Below, piece by piece: positions 59,915 through 64,000 of a stretch of 64,000 nt of DNA (the stretch's first letter is position 1; each line of letters begins with the position of its first letter). The stretch is from Anaeroplasma bactoclasticum. GTDB taxonomy: Bacteria > Bacillota_I > Bacilli_A > Acholeplasmatales > Anaeroplasmataceae. Position numbers and translations under genes: made by a program. The stretch lies in assembly GCF_003550015.1 (NCBI RefSeq), contig NZ_QXEV01000004.1:50728-114727 (forward strand), written 5' to 3'. The notes below the pieces were generated by a model, which saw nothing but the letters and a program-made list of their open reading frames with translations, ran no database searches and had not been told where the DNA came from.

Positions 59915-60703
59915 CTAAATAAATACAAATAGAACTGCAAGTATATTATTTAACATATGTGCAGCAATAGATGCATACACATTATATCCAGATAAATGAT
60001 AAATCATACATAATAATCCACCGCATAATACATATGGAATTAGCTGCAAAAACCAGGTTCCAATGTTTGCGGAAGTTGATAGCATATGTGGTAATGCGAA
60101 TAGCATTATAGACATAACATAAGTAAGTGGTAAATTATATGATTGTGTAACACTAAATATAGCCTTACGATAAATCATTTCTTCTATAATAGGAGCAAAT
60201 ATTACTGTTGAAATAATCATAGGAATTCTTCCATCAGATTTTAATAATTCAACAATCGTATTTTGATTTTCAGAAGAACTTACGATTAATCCAAATAAGT
60301 AATCTATTAATATTGCTATACCAGCAAATCCTATCATAAAGGCTGGAATAATAATACCATAAAATTTCTTATCTTCTTTGATTTGTCTAAAATCTATAAT
60401 GAAATCATCTCTCATCCATAATAAGACGGCCCCAAAGGCTATAAAATAGCCTAAAAAATTACCATACCCTTGGCCTATAAGCATACATTCCTTTATATCA
60501 CTAGGGATAGGGTCTTTACTCCAAAAGCTATTCGCTACAGCATTTGCGTCAACACCTTTTATCGATGCAACTATCATTCCACATAAAATAGATAAAAAGG
60601 TTGTTCCTATAAAAATCATTAAAACATATACAATTGCCGCTTTTAGCTTACTTGGTGAAGTAAAGCTTTTTTTCTGATTTTCCATATAAAACACACCTTT
60701 CAC
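59915..60703 (-). CDS. CPBP (CAAX) family intramembrane metalloprotease
   Basis: EEMIYRKAIF and FALPHM...HMLNN motifs in a multi-TM protein. Confidence 0.7.
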   Translation of the reverse strand: MKGVFYMENQKKSFTSPSKLKAAIVYVLMIFIGTTFLSILCGMIVASIKGVDANAVANSFWSKDPIPSDIKECMLIGQGYGNFLGYFIAFGAVLLWMRDDFIIDFRQIKEDKKFYGIIIPAFMIGFAGIAILIDYLFGLIVSSSENQNTIVELLKSDGRIPMIISTVIFAPIIEEMIYRKAIFSVTQSYNLPLTYVMSIMLFALPHMLSTSANIGTWFLQLIPYVLCGGLLCMIYHLSGYNVYASIAAHMLNNILAVLFVFI

Positions 60704-60781
60704 CTAAAAAATTATACCATTTTTAAATAGTATTTAAAAGTAGAAAAAAAATATGCAGGACAAAATCCTGCATATTCGTTA

Positions 60782-62089
60782 CTATCTTCTTCTATTTGAA
60801 CTTGAAGATGAAGATGCTCTTTTAGTTCTAGTAACCTTCTTATAAAGATAAATATCTTTTCTACCAGTAATTCTTAAGCTATTTGGCTTTTCATAATTTG
60901 CAGCACCATATTGGAATCGAACATTTTTCATCTTTCTTCGCATTCCAACCATTATTAAAATAGCAATAAGTAAACCTGCAATAGGGCCAATTAATGCTGA
61001 AATAGCTAGGTCTCCTGATACTGCATAGACAATACCAAAGATTGCGCCACCAAAAATTAACAAGAATAAGAATAGGAAGAAAGAGAATTTTCCCTTAGAA
61101 ATAGGAAGATTACCTGCAATCTTACCAGATTCACCATTTACAGCAAAATAGAAATGCTTATCATTCCAAAGTGTATGTAATAACCATACAGGATATAATG
61201 CATATCTAGCTTCTGTATTAGAGAATTGTAAAGTAGATTCCTTTACTTCTAGAGTATCATATCCATGGATATCTCTTCTAAATGCTTGTTCAGTACCTTG
61301 TCTAAATCTTGTTGTTGCACGATTGAATGTTTCTTCTTTTGAAACATCATAACGGTCTGCCCTATAACCAGCTAAATAAGCTGCATTAAATGGTTCTGCT
61401 TGATTAAAATCGAATGGTTCAATAGATTCCATTAATTGATCTTGCATCTTCTTAGAGCCATCTACAGGAACATGAGTAAATCCAATACCACCATCACGTA
61501 CTACGGAATAGTGTTTTTCTTCTCTTACATCATAATCGCCTTGAACATACTTTCTTACAATAGTACCTTCATAACGAACTCTACCATCTACATCAGCATC
61601 AAAAATCCAGAATGGTACATATAAAGCCTGTACTTCCTGCATTTTATTTGTTTTAGAGAAAGAGCCTGGTAATAATGGTCTTTTTCTAATAAAGCTCTTT
61701 AATGCATCAAAAGCGAAGTCTTTATCTTTCTTAAAAGGAATAATATAATTTGGCTTTAAATCACCATTTAATTCCTTAGATACAACTAAATTATTTCCAC
61801 AGTATGGGCAGCATGTTGAAGATGTAGTTTCATCTGCAATGATTTCACCACCACAGGATTCACAAGTATAAATTTTAATATCTTTTGTATCTTCATTTGT
61901 ATATGCTTGAACCTGGGATTCATCCCAAGAAGTATCTTCTTTTCCAGTTTCAGCAATATCATCTGTATATGCTTTTAAATCGTTTGCTGAAAATTCAGTA
62001 TCACAATAAGGACAAACAATATTTTGACTCTTATTATCAAAATTTAAAGCACCACCACAGCATGGACATTTAAAATCTAAATTTGCCAT
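60782..62089 (-). CDS. double zinc-ribbon protein with a central domain, one TM helix and a Ser/Arg tail
   Basis: CPCCGG...CPYCD and CESCGG...CCPYCG ribbons, a TM helix near aa 350-390, and a C-terminal RASSSSSSNRRR. Start MANLDFK at 62089. Confidence 0.55.
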   Translation of the reverse strand: MANLDFKCPCCGGALNFDNKSQNIVCPYCDTEFSANDLKAYTDDIAETGKEDTSWDESQVQAYTNEDTKDIKIYTCESCGGEIIADETTSSTCCPYCGNNLVVSKELNGDLKPNYIIPFKKDKDFAFDALKSFIRKRPLLPGSFSKTNKMQEVQALYVPFWIFDADVDGRVRYEGTIVRKYVQGDYDVREEKHYSVVRDGGIGFTHVPVDGSKKMQDQLMESIEPFDFNQAEPFNAAYLAGYRADRYDVSKEETFNRATTRFRQGTEQAFRRDIHGYDTLEVKESTLQFSNTEARYALYPVWLLHTLWNDKHFYFAVNGESGKIAGNLPISKGKFSFFLFLFLLIFGGAIFGIVYAVSGDLAISALIGPIAGLLIAILIMVGMRRKMKNVRFQYGAANYEKPNSLRITGRKDIYLYKKVTRTKRASSSSSSNRRR

Positions 62090-62135
62090 ATTAACCCTCC
62101 ATAGCAAAAAAGCCTTTTAAAGGCTTTTTCTTATA

Positions 62136-63530
62136 TTATTTTTGTAAATCCTTATCGTCAAATGGGTCGCCACATTCTGGACAGAATCTAGGTGGATTTG
62201 AAGCATCCTTTGGCTCCCAACCACACTTATCACACTTATACTTAGGAGTTCCTGCTGGTTTTGGTTTACCACAGTTTGCGCAGAATCTACCCTTATTTAC
62301 TGTTCCGCAATCACACTTCCATCCATCTGCAGAAGGCTTTGCTGTACCACATTCTGGACAGAATTTGCCAGTTACCTGTTTACCACATGTAGGGCAAGTC
62401 CAACCATCAGCTACAGGCTTTGGTGTGCCACATTCTGGACAGAACTTTCCAGATGCCATCTTACCACAGTTAGGGCAAATCCAACCATTTGCATTCTGCT
62501 GAGGAGCTTGCTGCTGTTGCTGTTGATTCATATTATAGAATCCCTGAGCATTCATACCACCAGCGTTAGCTGCCATATTTAATCCATAGAATCCCATTGC
62601 TGCACCATTAGCATTACCTGCTGCTGCCTTCATAGCTTCAGCCTGTGCCTCAACTAATGTAGCACCAGCCATACCTGGGTTTCTAGCAAGAACATTCTTT
62701 CTTTGTAATTCCTTAATTAATTCTTCGTCTTCCTTTGGAAGAGTAACAGAGCCTAATGCAATAGAAATAATTTCAAGACCTCTATGATCTCTCCACTTTG
62801 CAGTTAAAGCATCATTCATTGCTTCGCATAATTCAGGAATATGTGCAACAATCTGGTTTGGTCTCATTTCCATTGCAGAAAGCTTACCAAAGGCAGGCTG
62901 AAGTGCACTAATAAATTCAGTCTTAAGCTGATTATCTAGGTTTCCTCTTCTATAATCTTCAGAAATGTTACCACAAACATTTTGATAGAATAAAATTGGG
63001 TTAGTAACCTTATAAGAGAAAATACCATTACATCTTACAGATACATCGATATCTAGTCCTACATTGTTATCTACAACACGGAATGGAACTGGGTTTGGAG
63101 TACCAAACTTATTATCCATTAATTCCTTTGTATTGAAATAATAAACTCTTTGATCATGGCCAGTATCTCCACCATAAGTGAAACGACGTCCGATAGTCTT
63201 AAAGAAACCACCAATTCTCTCGCCGAAGGAACCTGCAAATACTGAGGTTTCAGTACTCTTATCGAATATATATCCACCTGGCTCTGCTGCGAATTCAACA
63301 ACCTTACCATCATCAACAACAATCATACACTGACCATCAGCTACAGCTATTTTAGAACCATTGGAGATAATATTTTCGCTACCTTTTGTATTGGAGCTTC
63401 TCCAACCAGTCTTCTTTTGACCCTTTGAAACAATTACGTCTGCTGGAAGTGCTTCACAATAGAAGTATTCTTTCCACTGATCAGCAAGTGTACTGCCTAA
63501 TGCGCCAGCAAAAGCTTTAATTAAACCCAT
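62136..63530 (-). CDS. SPFH/band-7 domain protein with four C-terminal zinc-ribbon repeats
   Basis: MGLIKAF...SSNTKGSENIISNGSKIAV...DGQCMIVVDDGKVVEF SPFH-type N-domain. A Gln-rich linker precedes 4 repeats of W.CP.CG....GKFCPECG. Start probably MGLIKAF at 63530. Confidence 0.6.
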   Translation of the reverse strand: MGLIKAFAGALGSTLADQWKEYFYCEALPADVIVSKGQKKTGWRSSNTKGSENIISNGSKIAVADGQCMIVVDDGKVVEFAAEPGGYIFDKSTETSVFAGSFGERIGGFFKTIGRRFTYGGDTGHDQRVYYFNTKELMDNKFGTPNPVPFRVVDNNVGLDIDVSVRCNGIFSYKVTNPILFYQNVCGNISEDYRRGNLDNQLKTEFISALQPAFGKLSAMEMRPNQIVAHIPELCEAMNDALTAKWRDHRGLEIISIALGSVTLPKEDEELIKELQRKNVLARNPGMAGATLVEAQAEAMKAAAGNANGAAMGFYGLNMAANAGGMNAQGFYNMNQQQQQQAPQQNANGWICPNCGKMASGKFCPECGTPKPVADGWTCPTCGKQVTGKFCPECGTAKPSADGWKCDCGTVNKGRFCANCGKPKPAGTPKYKCDKCGWEPKDASNPPRFCPECGDPFDDKDLQK

Positions 63531-63564
63531 ATAACTTATAACCTCCATCGTTTAATTTAAGTTT

Positions 63565-63593
63565 ATTATAGAATAAAATCAAAGCGTTTTCAA
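63565..63593 (-). promoter_or_regulatory. promoter (TTGAAA-17-TATAAT) for the SPFH/zinc-ribbon operon
   Basis: Minus-strand read cTTGAAAacgctttgattttattcTATAATaaac. Confidence 0.5.
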
Positions 63594-63623
63594 GAAATTC
63601 TAGGCTATTATATACCCTAGAAT

Positions 63624-63650
63624 TCAAAAAAAAGCGCTAATCTAGCGCTT
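63624..63650 (-). terminator. rho-independent terminator downstream of 5S rRNA
   Basis: AAGCGCTA-gat-TAGCGCTT followed by TTTTTTT on the minus strand. Confidence 0.7.
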
Positions 63651-63674
63651 GGGATAATTATATTATTCAAAGAG

Positions 63675-63792
63675 AGAGCCTGGCAGCTTCCTACTCTCGC
63701 ACGATCGAACGTACTACCATCGGCGTAAAAGTGCTTAACTTCTGTGTTCGGGATGGGAACAGGTGTGTCCACTTTGCCATCGCCACCAGACC
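63675..63792 (-). rRNA. rrf: 5S ribosomal RNA
   Basis: The reverse complement reads GGTCTGGTGGCGATGGCAAAGTGGACACACCTGTTCCCATCCCGAACACAGAAGTTAAGCAC...GAGAGTAGGAAGCTGCCAGGCT, a canonical 5S. Confidence 0.9.
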
Positions 63793-63831
63793 TTTTCTTT
63801 GAAAATTAGATAAAATTTTATTCGAATTAGT

Positions 63832-64000
63832 TAAGGTTAAGTCCTCGATCTATTAGTACTGGTCAGCTCGAACATGTCACCATGCTTCCACACCCAGCCT
63901 ATCAACCTTATCGTCTATAAGGGATCTTACTATTTGGGAAATCTCATCTTAGAGGAGGCTTCGCGCTTAGATGCTTTCAGCGTTTATCCTTTCCATACGT
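63832..64000 (-). rRNA. rrl: 23S ribosomal RNA, 3' end (continues beyond the window)
   Basis: The reverse complement reads ...GGATAAACGCTGAAAGCATCTAAGCGCGAAGCCTCCTCTAAGATGAGATTTCCCA...GACCAGTACTAATAGATCGAGGACTTAACC, the conserved 23S 3' domain. Confidence 0.9.

Noticed and set aside
1-64000. Mobile elements, CRISPR arrays, restriction-modification or toxin-antitoxin pairs
   Set aside because: No transposase or integrase-like translations were found. There are no regularly spaced direct repeats beyond the 18-nt in-CDS repeat and the 17-bp doublet near glgP, and no methyltransferase or nuclease pairs.

Overview
This window is core chromosome of a low-GC Firmicute, Clostridia-like (about 30% GC, AAGGAGG-type ribosome-binding sites, L27 with a Prp-cleaved N-extension, lysA-dapFAB-asd-lysC cluster, Porphyromonas-type agmatine deiminase). 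It is densely packed with housekeeping operons, mostly on the minus strand: glgP/glgB, recX, yitT, prfB, an Lrp-aminotransferase pair, rplU-prp-rpmA-obg, potABCD, cysE, fumarate hydratase plus malic enzyme, phoH, lon, tig, a complete lysine biosynthesis cluster behind a probable L-box riboswitch, degV-gpsA-der-rpsA-cmk-rluB, an M18 aminopeptidase, udk, queH, carD, speA-aguA-aguB, and the 3' end of an rRNA operon (23S 3' end and 5S). There are no transposases, integrases or CRISPR arrays. The parts worth a second look are the poorly characterised insertions between these operons. They are: an 881-aa protein with about 12 TM helices, a ~170-aa poly-Glu linker and an unassigned C-terminal domain; an SPFH/zinc-ribbon membrane module (ydjGHI-like) next to a CPBP protease; paralogous XRE-HTH genes around a zinc-ribbon membrane gene with a palindromic operator; a Tyr-rich membrane protein followed by a decayed tandem copy; a truncated HD-domain gene; and an orphan ParB-like protein. 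Several regulatory RNA and DNA structures are also visible (L-box with terminator, L21 leader, promoter palindromes). All calls come from reading the sequence and translations by eye. No database searches were run.
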